Of a DNA stretch of 64,000 nt, positions 27,003 through 38,470 are shown one piece after another. Position numbers and translations under genes: made by a program. The notes beneath the pieces were generated by a model. The model saw only the letters and a program-made list of their open reading frames with translations, was not told the origin of the DNA and searched no databases. Location of the stretch: NCBI RefSeq assembly GCF_001194135.2, contig NC_068984.1, positions 127,104,335-127,168,334 of the forward strand. The letters are read 5' to 3'. The stretch is from Octopus bimaculoides (taxonomy: Eukaryota). Numbering within the stretch: the stretch's first letter is position 1; each line of letters opens with the position of its first letter.

Positions 27003-28866
27003 TTGCTTTGGTTGATCCTGTGAGAGCAGACAGGAATCTGTTGTCAGAGGTCTCACATGGTTTCTTTCCACAAATTATAAGCTTTGATACTTGGATGTTA
27101 GCTTATCGTGGAAGACACTCAACACCTAAGCACCAATCTTAAAATCCTAGCTGTCCCCAATAGAGCAGTGTTTTTGGCTTGCTCTGCCCTTATGTTGATT
27201 CCAATTTCTCCAACATATTTTTCAAACCTGGTTGTTAGTGCTCCAAGTGCCCCTACAACTATTAAGATAATAGTTACTCTCTTCATGTGGCAATTATTAT
27301 TTTTTCTCCCCCTTCTTTTTTTCAACACCGGAATATGAGGATGATGCAAGTGAGAGGTACCAACAGTTTCAATCAGTCTAACAGCAGTAGTAAAGCAATT
27401 AGCAGAATCATTAGAACACCAGACAAAATGCCTATAGTATTTAGCTACAACCATTCTGAGTTCAAATCTTGCTAAGGCCAGCTTTGTTTTTCATCCTTCT
27501 GGGCTCAATAAACTAATGTACATGTCAATTATTGGGGATAATTTACATTCTTATAATCCAGTATAGATGTGAATGGAATTATAATAGGACTTAGAATAAG
27601 AATTCAATAGACAACATTGAACAGATGTAGAGCTAGAAAAAGTTAGCAGTTATGTAGGTTTTAATCTTCATGTCAAAGACATTGTAATTGTAATAGATTA
27701 CATACAATCTTTTATGTAAAATTGAGTGTCTGACATCTGGTTTCAACTGTCTCCAGTTTTAAAGACATTTTCAAATTACTGGTCATTTAAAATCTTGTTA
27801 TTTTGACAGTTTCAGCATTTACTTATGTCTCCAGAACCACTTTCTGGGATAACTGATGTGAATTAGCTAATTAATTTGTGTCACAATTTCTATTAAGAAC
27901 TTAGAAGCTAAACATTCAATTCCATTTCCATTTCACTTATCATAAACACCTAGAATTAGCTGGTGTACTATCCATTTTTGCTATGGTGATGATCAATACA
28001 AGTTTTTGGTCAGACCGAGGCTATAGTAGAAGACACTTGCCTAAGGTGGCATGCAGTGGGACTGAACCTGGAACCATGTGGTAAGTAAGCAAGCTACTTA
28101 CCACACAGCCACTCCTGTGCCTGTCACCTGAGAGTTGTTAGATAAATTCATGTTTCTTTTTTCTACTTGACACTCCATTGTCATATGTCTGAATTAAGGT
28201 AAAATTCATTCAAATTTCAAAAATGAAAACAAGTGTGGTAGAGGAAGAATAGAGCCACAAAAAGCCATAAAAAACTATGATGAAAGTATTTTTCATGTTA
28301 ATTCAAGTAACATTGCCAAGGTTTACAATAAATGCAAAAAAAAAAACAAAAAAAAAAATAAATCTATCCAATAAGTGTATCTACTATAGGCACAAGGCCA
28401 GCACCTATCCACACAAATATGCCTGCACCTAGTTAGTTGATCATTTTGATCCTAGCACTTGTACAGTATTTTATTTTATGTGCCAGTTTGCCACAGAACA
28501 ATGACACAAATGATAATTCTTTCTACTATAGGCACAAGGCCTGAAATTTTGTTAGAAGGAGCTACTCAATTACATTGGCCCCAATGCTCAACTGGAACTT
28601 ATTTTGTCGACCATCAAAGGATGAAAGCCAAGTCAACTTTGCAGAATCTGAACTCAGAACAATGATACTAATAATAATCCTTTCTACAGAGACCAAGTGG
28701 TATTTATTTCATTGACTTTGAAAGGATGAAAGGCAAAGCTGACCTTAGCAGAATTTAGACTCAGAATGTAAAGATGGATGAAAAGGTGTTAAGCATTTTG
28801 TCCAGCATGCCAATGATTCTGCTAGCACACTGTCTTAATGATATAAGTAATAATGATACAAGTTAC

Positions 28867-29109
28867 CTCATTCTCTTGACTTTTTGCCTTGAATTCAGAG
28901 CTGCACTGATTCTCATAATTTACTTCTGTTTGGTCAGTTTTCTCTCTAGGCAACTGGGGATCTGGAGAAGTTTCATTTAACTGGAGACGTTCTGTGATTT
29001 TGTCACTTGGTTGTGGAGTACTGAGGAAATTGTACCTGCCATCTTTTTCTGTGTCCTTGTGCTCCACTTCAGTAATAGGAATATATGAATTAACAGGGCT
29101 CAGAGACAT
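28867..29109 (-). CDS. Internal coding exon (phase 0 to 0, 81 codons), hydrophilic / disordered
   Basis: Acceptor tgtttccatatttcag, donor GAG|gtaact, exactly 243 bp. Translation MSLSPVNSYIPITEVEHKDTEKDG...NQCSSEFKAKSQENE. Non-repetitive, protein-like composition. Confidence 0.68.
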
Positions 29110-29852
29110 CTGAAATATGGAAACAGATATATTCTTAGGATCAGCTCATTCAAACTATAAAGAAATCAAATAGGTGCAAGTTGTAAGGGCTACCAAACAC
29201 TTGGCCATGAGTTGTAGCATTACTAAATATCTGTCGTACTATTTTCCTGAGAGAAGTACATGACTTTTATTGCTCCCATCTGGTTGACTGGCATAAAAAC
29301 AATCACAATCCTTACTTCACAGTCAAGTAATCATGGTATAAAGGACTTCCAGCAATAAACAACAATTTTTCTGACAAATAAAGGCATGTATGTATTGCAG
29401 TTCTGTACAATGAATAATCTTACAATAATAAATACCCTGTTCAGCTACTCAATGAAAAGATGGACAACATGGTTTTCACCTGACAATCAGACATTCAATT
29501 AAGTAATCTAGATTATTATCCAGGAAACATAAACATCAAAAAAGATTTTTATCTTTACCTTTTTGGATATTTTAATAGTCCCACCAAACAGGCAAAAGAA
29601 AATGACAAAAGCAAAATGGTGCAAATAAAACTGTTGGTGTGAAAGTTTGAAATAAAGGTAAAAAGCTCAAGACAGATAACTGAAGGGAACACTGTACTAT
29701 AACTTCATCGACTTTAAAGTTCTTTACATGACCTGGAGGATGTTCCTATGGAAAATGATGGCAGCAAGAGGTGGAAAGACCAAGAAATTTTGAATGAAAG
29801 AGGCACTATGCAGAGTAGCAACAGTGCTGAGGTGAAACTGATGGAATAGTAT

Positions 29853-30274
29853 TGTAGTGACACCTTATAGCAGACGACTGTTATATGTTCAATGTCCGGA
29901 GTTTTATCCACGCATGCGCAGGGACTAGTTCCGGAAGGAATACAGGAAGAGTCTCATGCGCATGCGTAGAGTTCGACACCCAGCTTTGGCGCCTTTTCTC
30001 AGTCTCTTCGTTGACTGATCTCCGTCGAGCCAAGACGTCCAACAGAGCTCTCTCACATGTCAGCACCAGAGCTTCACAAATAACCACGGAAATCATTCAG
30101 AAGGCGTCTCAGTAACCGAGGGCGACGAGCTACCGAATTCCCTCCAAGCGTGAACTGAATTCCACTGTAAATAAATATTGTTATGTTGTTCAGAATCTGC
30201 GTTCCGTTGTTTCTTCTATAAATTTAATGTACGGAAGCGGTGTACACGTAATGGTGTATAACCACTTCCCTACA
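29853..30274 (+). mobile_element. Solo LTR, 422 bp, probably Gypsy-type
   Basis: Ends TGTAGTG...CCCTACA (TG..CA, 6/7 inverted match), a 4-bp direct repeat GTAT on both sides (29849-29852, 30275-30278), AATAAA at 30170-30175, and CpG-rich relative to the flanks. Strand is inferred from the AATAAA. Confidence 0.85.
29910..29967. promoter_or_regulatory. Inverted pair of NRF1-like motifs flanking ETS-like motifs, inside the LTR
   Basis: ACGCATGCGCA (29910-29920) and its exact reverse complement TGCGCATGCGT (29957-29967) enclose CCGGAAG (29931-29937) and CAGGAAG. Function is inferred from motif similarity only. Confidence 0.45.
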
Positions 30275-31609
30275 GTATGAAGTAAGTAGAGACCTAAAAC
30301 AAGGTTGCCTGCTACCCGTTCCTTTTTCATCATCTTCCTGGAATTTGTGATGAAAGAACTGAAAGATTTGGATGAGTGCCAACCTGGATGAAAGTCTGGC
30401 ACTCACTGACATCCCCCCCCCCCCACAACCATAAATATTAGATATACTGACAACACAACTATAATATTCAGTCTTTGATGAATAGGAAATATCCTCCAAA
30501 CAGTTGGGTATATTAAGATGGAGCCTGAAAATAAATGGCACAAAGTGCAAGGTTCTGTCACCTAGCATGGAGAGGATCATACTGGATGGTTCTTAAGTTG
30601 AACAGATCATGGGGTTTAGTGCCAAATAGGTGAGAAGGCATTTACAGTATTTGAAAGAGAGAAATGTGACCAGGACTGAGTGACATATAAGTCAGCAACT
30701 CAAAGATAGGTAGTACAATGCCTTTAATTTTTTCCAGTTGCATTTTATGTCTTAGACACTAAACTATGAAGGTACATCACATTTTTAAATGTGATATTTA
30801 TAGACTATGTGGAGCCTTTGTAAGTCAAGGTTGACCATCATTCTACACATGTATGTGCAGGGCTATACTTTTTTTTATGAAGGCTGATAGTTGCCCACAC
30901 ATACAAGTCTCAAGATACAACTTCGCATTAGTTTTGTGGCAAAATATAAAGAATGTAAAGTATTGGATCTTTACACAAAGAATCTTGCTCAACTATCAAC
31001 TAGCTCTATCCATCCACTGTTTTGGATTGGTATTTTTCTAGTGACCCTGAAGGTATGAGAGGCAAAGCTGACCCTGACTGAATTTGAACTCAGAGTGCAG
31101 AGAGAGCCAGAACAAATAACACGAGGCACTCAGTCCCACACTTGAATGACTGTGCTAGTTTGCTTCCTTGATATTCCGAATGTAAACTGAAAACAGTCTA
31201 TGCTAGGAATATTACAAGACAAGCACTGAAATACTTCCATTAGTAAAGCTCTTCAAATGACAGATACTCTTCAGACAGACAGATAGTTAGATATTGAGGA
31301 CACTAAAGAGAAAGTTCTTGTAAGCCAGTTCAAAAACTGATGTAATGAAAGCAGTGTTGACGACAATTATCATCTTTTCTCAAGATCATTAATAAGAGAA
31401 GGATTAAATGAACTTATTACAAGATCTAAGTTATTTAAGTGATGGATTAATAACAGCAACTGTCTCTTGTCTCCTACAGCTGATGACAAATTTCTGAAGA
31501 AGGATATTGATCAGATTGATCAGTTGAATAGAGACTAAATAGTTAGCCAACCATTTAGACTATTAAATTGACGGTGTGGCTTATAATGAACAATATCATA
31601 ACAACTTAC

Positions 31610-31798
31610 CATATTACTGTCTATTTCTAAAAATAATGGTTTCACTTTGTTGAAGACCTCTTCACTAAATTTTGACTGAGACACTATTTGACATGTCAGA
31701 CTGTTTGTATAAAACTGAGAAACAGTTGGGTTTTCAGGTGCATTTGACGGAATTATACAACTGTCCATGTGCTGCTTGTCTTTTATGCTGGAGTCCAA
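31610..31798 (-). CDS. Internal coding exon (phase 0 to 0, 63 codons)
   Basis: Acceptor aaatttcatttcag, consensus donor ATG|gtaagt, 189 bp. Only one frame is open: LDSSIKDKQHMDSCIIPSNAPENPTVSQFYTNSLTCQIVSQSKFSEEVFNKVKPLFLEIDSNM. Confidence 0.62.
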
Positions 31799-32374
31799 CT
31801 GAAATGAAATTTTAGAAAAATGCTTTGGTGAGACCAAATGTTGTTGTTGTTGTTATAATAATCAACGTCATCACTGCCCTCACCATCATTGCCGTCATCG
31901 TAACCATCATTTCCTCAGCATTACTGTCATCATCATAATCATCATCACCACCATCATCTTTGTCATCTTTACCCCCCNNNNNNNNNNACCACCACCACCT
32001 CAGATTTTGGGGAGAAGAAAAAATTCCCTTGGAGGTACTCCAATACTTATATTCATAGTGTGATTGGTCAATATTCCAGATGACATTAGACTTAGACACT
32101 CGTGCCTATAAACCCTTTTGAAGTCTGAATGAGAGGCTGACATATATTGGTTTCAAATTTTGGTACAGGGCCAGGGATTTTTTTAGAGAAAAGGAAGTTG
32201 ATTACATCACCCCCAGGGTCCAACGGGTACTTATTTTATCAACCCCAAAAGGATGAAAGGCAATGTCAGCCTTGACGGAATTTGAACTCAGAACATAAAG
32301 ATAGATGCAATACTGCTAAGCATTTTGCCCAGCATGCTAATGATTCTGCCAGCTCACCACCTTAAGGGTGGCAT

Positions 32375-33205
32375 GTATTAATACAAGTTCTGTCATCCAG
32401 CCATAGTTTCCATGAACCTGGTCAAAGGGGTTAACAGAAGAAACTTCCACCTATCTTCAAGGAGATTTTTTATATGGTAGTCCTGTACTACAATAAGGCC
32501 CAGACCTCCTGTGGTTTTACAGATTAGATTAAGAATATGCCTGATCCTAACTCCACCAAGAAAAAATATGCCACAATAAAGTCATTGTTCACATCCTCAT
32601 TTGACCTGAACATAAAAACTTATGTAGGCAAGATCTTCATTAGTTTAGTTGATAAGCACTACCCCCAAACACATAAATACTGGAAAATATGTAACAAACA
32701 CACCTTGAGGGTCTCATTTAGCTGCACTTGTAGCATCAAAAAAATATTACTAAGTAGGTCCCAGTTTGAAACAAAGACAAGCTACTCAGACAGAAGTAAT
32801 GCTACATGTCCGTGTAACAACTATTAAAATACAGAAACCATTGTGTATGAGGCAAAGGTGGTCTCAGGGGATTCAAACGGTGTGACAGACATCCAAAGAT
32901 ATCTATGTGCAACAGTAGGTCCCTCCAGGACCAAATTCAACAATTACAAGTCCTTGATTAACACCTAGGGGAAATGAAATGTCACATCTCTAGCATGGTA
33001 TACATGGGTATTGAAGGAAAACATCAAATGGAGGACAGTGGAAAAGTGTAAACCTTCCTTTAACAGTAGTAAGAAGTACAGGCTCTGCTTTGCTGAGAAA
33101 AAAATCATATTAAAACTTTCTCCACCTGGGCACCAATTTTAATTGTAAGAGCGAGATATTCCAATCCTGCTCTCATGAACACAGATTCGTGCTAGCATAC
33201 TGGTT
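32375..33205 (+). mobile_element. Penelope-like element 3' fragment: end of RT, linker and GIY-YIG endonuclease, degenerate
   Basis: FDLNIKTYVGKIFISLVDKHYPQTHKYWKICNKHTLRVSFSC, then TIVYEAKVVS...RYLCATVGPSRTKFNNYKS...IKWRTVEKCKPSFNSSKKYRLCFAEK...CKSEIFQSCSHEHRF across stops and frameshifts. Confidence 0.85.
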
Positions 33206-34817
33206 AATCACACCACGAATATAAGCAATGAGTATCCCATAAAGGTTTGTTTTCCCTCACCAAAATCTGAAGAATTAATATATAACTTGCTACACCCAAC
33301 TGTGGTGTGTGTGTGTTTGTGTGTGTATGTGTGTGTACATATACACATGCACATACACATATATACATATACATGACCACACACATTAAAATTAACTTCC
33401 CTTACCATCTCCCACCCCCATGCTCTACATCTGTACCACCTACCACCATCACCCCAGTTTATAGTTTTATGCATGCATGCCATTGTTGTGTGAATGGTAT
33501 TGCAATGTTTGCAATAACTGTTTCCAGTTTTCTTAACACTAAGAATTCTGGAATTCCTCCAGATATACATGGGAGATTTAGCTCTTTCAGAGATACCTTG
33601 ATAAAAGTGTAACAACTGAATGAGAGGGGTTTGTGGTTATTGACCACATCAATATGAAAAGATCAGGCTAACATTTTATGGCCAGTGGTCAATCAAGTGT
33701 AAAAGATAGAACAGTACATATATTTCATGTTGAGAGCAATAAATAACTGATATTTTACGCTATATGACACAACAAATAAGAGAAGTCGTGTAAGTGTAAC
33801 AATACCAGGCTGCATTCGATGTAATAAATTAGTTGTAATATTGAGATAATCCAGTCAGTGCTGTTAGAGCAATATCATAGACAGAGTTTGGCATGGAGAA
33901 GATAAACGATATTGGCCTCACTTTGAGATGAATGAAGGAATGAAAACTACAAAGGACAAGTGTTGAATGTTAACCATTTTGTAGATTTATCTGACATATG
34001 CTGTGCTAAGATTGAAAGCTATAATGATGATGATGATGTTGATGATGGTGATGGTGGTGGTGGTGGTTTTGGTGGTGGAGGTGGTGACGATGGCAACAAC
34101 GATGCCAAATTAGAATGCAAGTAATTTCAACGGAATGACATGTATGATATTATGACATTCTGTTGAATAAAACATTATTGTTTTAGTGGTTAATGAGGAA
34201 AATATTCATAGATTCATAGGAGATGAAGATGTGATTACTACAGCTAGAGACTTTTGTGTTCATCTGAAGAAAACAATCAGACTTCAATGACAGTAGACAT
34301 GCTGCTTACAAAAAAAAACAAAAAAACAACAAAAAAACTGAATGGGAATCAAAGAGCCTTGAGTAATCTACAGTTTACAGATGCAAATAATATGATAATA
34401 TGGAATACAGTTTTTTTAAAAAAGTAACAAACAAAAAACACAAATACTATGAATCCATTGAGAAACATTAACTTATGTAAATGTAAAAATGAAAGTCAGT
34501 TCAATCCTGCATTGGGGGTGAAAACTGTAGAGTAAAAAGATTTAAAATGTTTTAAGATGTAAATCTATAATTTAACAATGGTGGCAGTCATAGGAGAAAA
34601 TTGTTGCTATTGTTTTTTTTTGCCCTAGATCAATCCTGATCAATTAGGCTTACCATCAAAGGTGTTCCAGGCATTGCCATTTTTGTTCTCCAGACAAACT
34701 GTATCCAGGACAGTAGTACTTGATATGCCCTTCATTTTTTTTTTTTTAAAGATAGGTAAGATATGATTTGAAGGAGATTTAGCTGCTATTTCTAGCAAGT
34801 CTAGGGTCTATCTATTA

Positions 34818-35240
34818 CCTTTTACTTGTTTCAGTCATCAGACTCTGGCCATGCCGGGGCACCACATTGAAGTGTTTAGTCAAACAAATCAACCCCAATA
34901 CTTTTTTTTTTTCTAAGCCTGGTACTTATTCTATCAATCTCTTCTGGCTGAACCACTAAGTTGCAGGGATGTAAACAAACCAACAACAGGTGTCAAGTGG
35001 TAATGGGGGTCAAATGAAAACACAAATCATGCACACACACATATATAAATGAATACATATATAAATACATGTGTGTGTGTGTGATGAGTTTCTTTCAGTT
35101 TCTATCTACCAAGTTCACTCACAAGGCTTTGCTTACTCTGGGGCTATAGCAGAAGGCAATGTCCAAGGTGCCACACTTGGACTGAATCTAAAACCATGTC
35201 ATTGGAAAGCAAGCTTTTTACCACACAACCATGCCTACAC
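34818..35240 (-). mobile_element. SINE family 1 copy
   Basis: Reverse-complement match to the family 1 tail (ttttacttgtttcagtcat) and head (aagcttttaccacacaaccatgcc). Confidence 0.85.
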
Positions 35241-35644
35241 CTACATAAGCAGCCAGGTTCTCTCATTTGCTTGTTATTAGTGGTGGTGGTGGCATCAGCA
35301 GCGGTGGTAGTAGTACTGGAGGTGGTATTAGTATTTTCGATGTTGTTGTTTAGTCTCAACCAGTAGAAAGATCAAAAAAGCCTGGCTGTGATCATTTAAT
35401 TGTTTGTTTTTCAGACATTAGTGTGTCTGACTAAATTATCTAGTTAATATATCCTGTTTTTAAGACAATACAATGTAAACTGAGGGAAATTTGGCTGTTA
35501 TTTCTAGCAGATTAAGTAACCACATAGAGGATATCTTGTTGAGAATATTATACATAACATGTAGCAAACAAATGTCAGATGATCTTTCTTAATTAGACTT
35601 AGTGATCTGGTGATAAAGTGTATGGTTAGTAATGTGGAGTACAA

Positions 35645-36545
35645 TCATCATCATCATCATCATCGTCATCGTCGTCGTCATCGTCTAATGTCTGCTTTCC
35701 ATGCTGGCGTGGATTGGATGGTTTGACAGGAGCTGGTCAGGTGGAGAGCTGCCCAAGCTCCAATTGTCTGTTTTGGCATTGTTTCTACAGTTGGATGCCC
35801 TTCCTAACGCCAACCACTTTACAGAGTGTACTGGGTGCTTTATACGTGGCCCTAGCACGGGTGCTTTATATGTGGCACTTGCATGGGTGCTTTTCATGTG
35901 ACACTGGCTCAGGCGCTTTTTATGTGACACTGAAACTGGTGCTTTTTACATGGCACTAGCACACCCATGAACCTGCAAGACAAGGGTCTCTTGGCTGGCA
36001 AAAAGACATGCTTGTATGTATGGATGGCTAAGCTCACCCTAAACTTGTAGAAGAGAGCAATTATCATCATCATGATTGTTTAACATCTGCTTTCCATGCT
36101 GGCATGGGTTGGATGGTTTGACTGAGGTCTGGCAAGCCAGTGGGCTGCACCAGGCTCCAATCTGATTTGGCAATGTTTCTACAGCTGGATGCTCTTCCTA
36201 ATGCCAACCACTCTGAGTGTGTAGTGGGTGCTTTTTATGTGCCACTGGCACAGAAGCCAGTCAGGGGGCACTGGCATTGACCATGTTTGGATGGAGTTTT
36301 TTACATGCCACTGGCATGGGAGTCAGTCAAGGGGCACTGGCATCGACCACATTCGGATGGTGCTTTTTATGTGCCACCAATATGGGAGTCAGTCGGGAGC
36401 ACTGGCTTCAACCACATTCGGATGGTGCTTTTTTACATGCCACAAGCATGAGATCCAGTCATGGGGCACTGGCATTGACCACATTCAGATGGTGCTTTTT
36501 ATGAGCCACTGGCATGGAAGCCAGTCTGGGGGCACTGGCATCATT
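35645..36545 (-). mobile_element. Two RTE 3'UTR fragments; the second carries five 66-bp tandem units
   Basis: (CAT)n followed by tctgctttccatgctggc...ttcctaa(c/t)gccaaccac, seen twice. gccac units recur at 36241, 36307, 36373 and onward, and are the reverse complement of the 9233 unit. Confidence 0.85.
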
Positions 36546-37407
36546 AGAAAGTACAAAATATATTACGGTTGTGCATCAGAGCTCTATATTGAGAATATTG
36601 TTGGAGAGCAAGACAGAGAGAGAAAGTTAAATATTTCATCTAAATCGACTTATCATAATTTAGAAATTGCTGGATATTTCGAATTAAAAGTTTCTTTTAA
36701 TGTGATATAGATGGGAAAGATGCAATATTATGGAATGAATAATAACAAACTCTTGAAATATAAGTAAACAATGATTATTGGTGAAGTCATACTGAAGTCC
36801 ATATAGGACTATTTCTATTGAAAGTTTATATCTTTTATAACTTTGTATTATTTCCATTTTATCAATAAGATTTATTATCTTATTCACAAATATTATATTG
36901 ATTTATCCACCTCATTAGCTGTTCATTTCTTTAAAATTTGATGGCCTACCAACCAACCAACCAAATATACATATGCATGTGTGTGTGCCCATGCACGCAC
37001 ATGCACACACGCACATGCACACATGCACACACACACACACACACACACACGCACAGCTATATGTATATAACAGAAACATAAGCTTCTGCTAATGAAGTTA
37101 CATTGATTACAGCATAATTTATAAACATCTACGTTTGAATCGTTAATTCAGATGATCTCGCCAAATGTTCTATTCTGCCTCTTTAGTTAAAAAGTTAAAA
37201 ACAGTTCAGAGGATAATGAAGATAAAACTTATGAAAAGCCAAAACAAAACCGGAAATAAAAACTAAATTCTAACTTTATAGAAGTAGATAGATTAGCTAA
37301 ATCTTAATTAAGAATTGCCCCGTATCTCTAGTGTGAGACACCTATTTATGTCCCTGTATTCATACTCCGACTTTTCATCACCTGACAGAAAGCCACCTTT
37401 CTGTCAG

Positions 37408-37640
37408 GTGAGCAGGAAGAAATGTTAGCATGCTGGGCGAAATGCTTAGCGGTATTTCATCTGCTGTTACGTTCTGAGTTCAAATTCTGCCTAAGTCGAC
37501 TTTGCCTTTCATCCTTTCGGGGTTGATAAATTAAGTACTAGTTATGCACTGAGGTCGATGTAATCGACTTAATCTCCTTTTCTGTCCTTGTTTGACCCCT
37601 CTATGTTCAGCCTCTTGTCGGCAATAAAGAAATAAGAAAG
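37408..37640 (+). mobile_element. Near full-length SINE family 2 copy
   Basis: ggtgagcaggaagaaatgttagcatgctgggcgaaatgcttagcgg...gttctgagttcaaattc...gtcgactttgcctttcatcctttcgggg...aataaagaaataag. Confidence 0.9.
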
Positions 37641-37649
37641 CCACCTTCA

Positions 37650-38470
37650 AGAAGAAGAAGAAGAAGAAGAATGAGGAGGAGGAGGAGGAAGAGGAGTGGG
37701 AAGAGGAGGAGGTGGAAGATGAAGGAGGAGGAAGACAAAAGAGGAGGAGGAAGACAAAAGAGGAGGAAGGAAGAGGAAGATGAAGGAGGAAGACGAAAGA
37801 GGAGGAAGACGAAAGTGGAGGAAGGAAGAAGAAGGCGGAGGAAGAAGGAGGAGGGAGAGGAAGGCGGAGGGAGAGGAAGGAGGAGGGAGAGGAAGGAGGA
37901 GGGAGAGGAAGGAGGAAGGAGAGGAAGGAGGAGGGATAGGAAGGAGGAGGGAAAGGAAGGAGGAGGGAAAGGAAGGAGGAGGAAGAAGGANNNNNNNNNN
38001 NNNNNNNNNNNNNNNNNNNNNNNNNNNNNNNNNNNNNNNNNNNNNNNNNNNNNNNNNNNNNNNNNNNNNNNNNNNNNNNNGGAGGGAAAGAAAGGAGGAG
38101 GGAAAGAAAGGAGGAGGGAAAGAAAGGAGGAGGGAAAGAAAGGAGGAGGGAGGGGAAGAAGGAGGGAAAGGAAGGAGGAAGGAGGAGGGAGAGGAAGGAG
38201 AGGAAGGAGAGGAAGGAGGAGGGAAAGGAAGGAGGAGGGAGAAGAAGGAGAGGAAGGAGGAGGGAAAGGAAGGAGGAGGGAGAGGAAGGAGGAGGAGGTA
38301 GAAGAAGAAAGTGATGGTGATGATGATGATGATGACAATGACAACAGCGGTGGTGATGATGATGATGACAACGATGGTGGTAGTGATGATAACAAGACTG
38401 ACGATGGTGGTGGTGATGATGATGATGATGATGACAATGATGGTGGCAGTGGTGATGATGATGATATTTA
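37650..38470. repeat. Purine-rich (GGA/GAA)n low-complexity tract grading into (GAT/GGT)n
   Basis: Directly visible. It is the source of the 267-276 aa E/G/R-rich pseudo-ORFs. Confidence 0.95.

Larger units (their letters stand above)
29720..30640 (+). mobile_element. Old LINE (RTE-like) reverse-transcriptase fossil split by a solo LTR
   Basis: Removing 29853-30274 and one TSD copy restores EVKLME*YEVSRDLKQGCLL (the QG RT motif). Downstream are IRYTDNTT (YADD-like) and LKINGTKCKVL. Confidence 0.75.

Noticed and set aside
28128-28188. Minus segment with good acceptor and CAG|gtgaca donor between two accepted exons
   Set aside because: Phase 0 hits a stop (TYDNGVSSRKKKHEFI*), and the open frame is phase 2, incompatible with the 28867 donor. 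It could be an alternative last exon but this is unsupported.
29316-29370. Minus 55-bp segment with strong splice signals (EKLLFIAGSPLYHDYLTV)
   Set aside because: Phase 1 to 2 does not fit the flanking phase-0 exons and would put the next exon out of frame.
29881-30115. ORFs on both strands in the GC-rich island; first read as a host CpG-island promoter or first exon
   Set aside because: The island is bounded exactly by LTR termini and a TSD, so the ORFs are incidental to the solo LTR.
36230-36545. Regular 66-bp repeats considered as a CRISPR-like array
   Set aside because: The whole unit is repeated with no unique spacers, the DNA is eukaryotic, and the array is part of an RTE 3'UTR.
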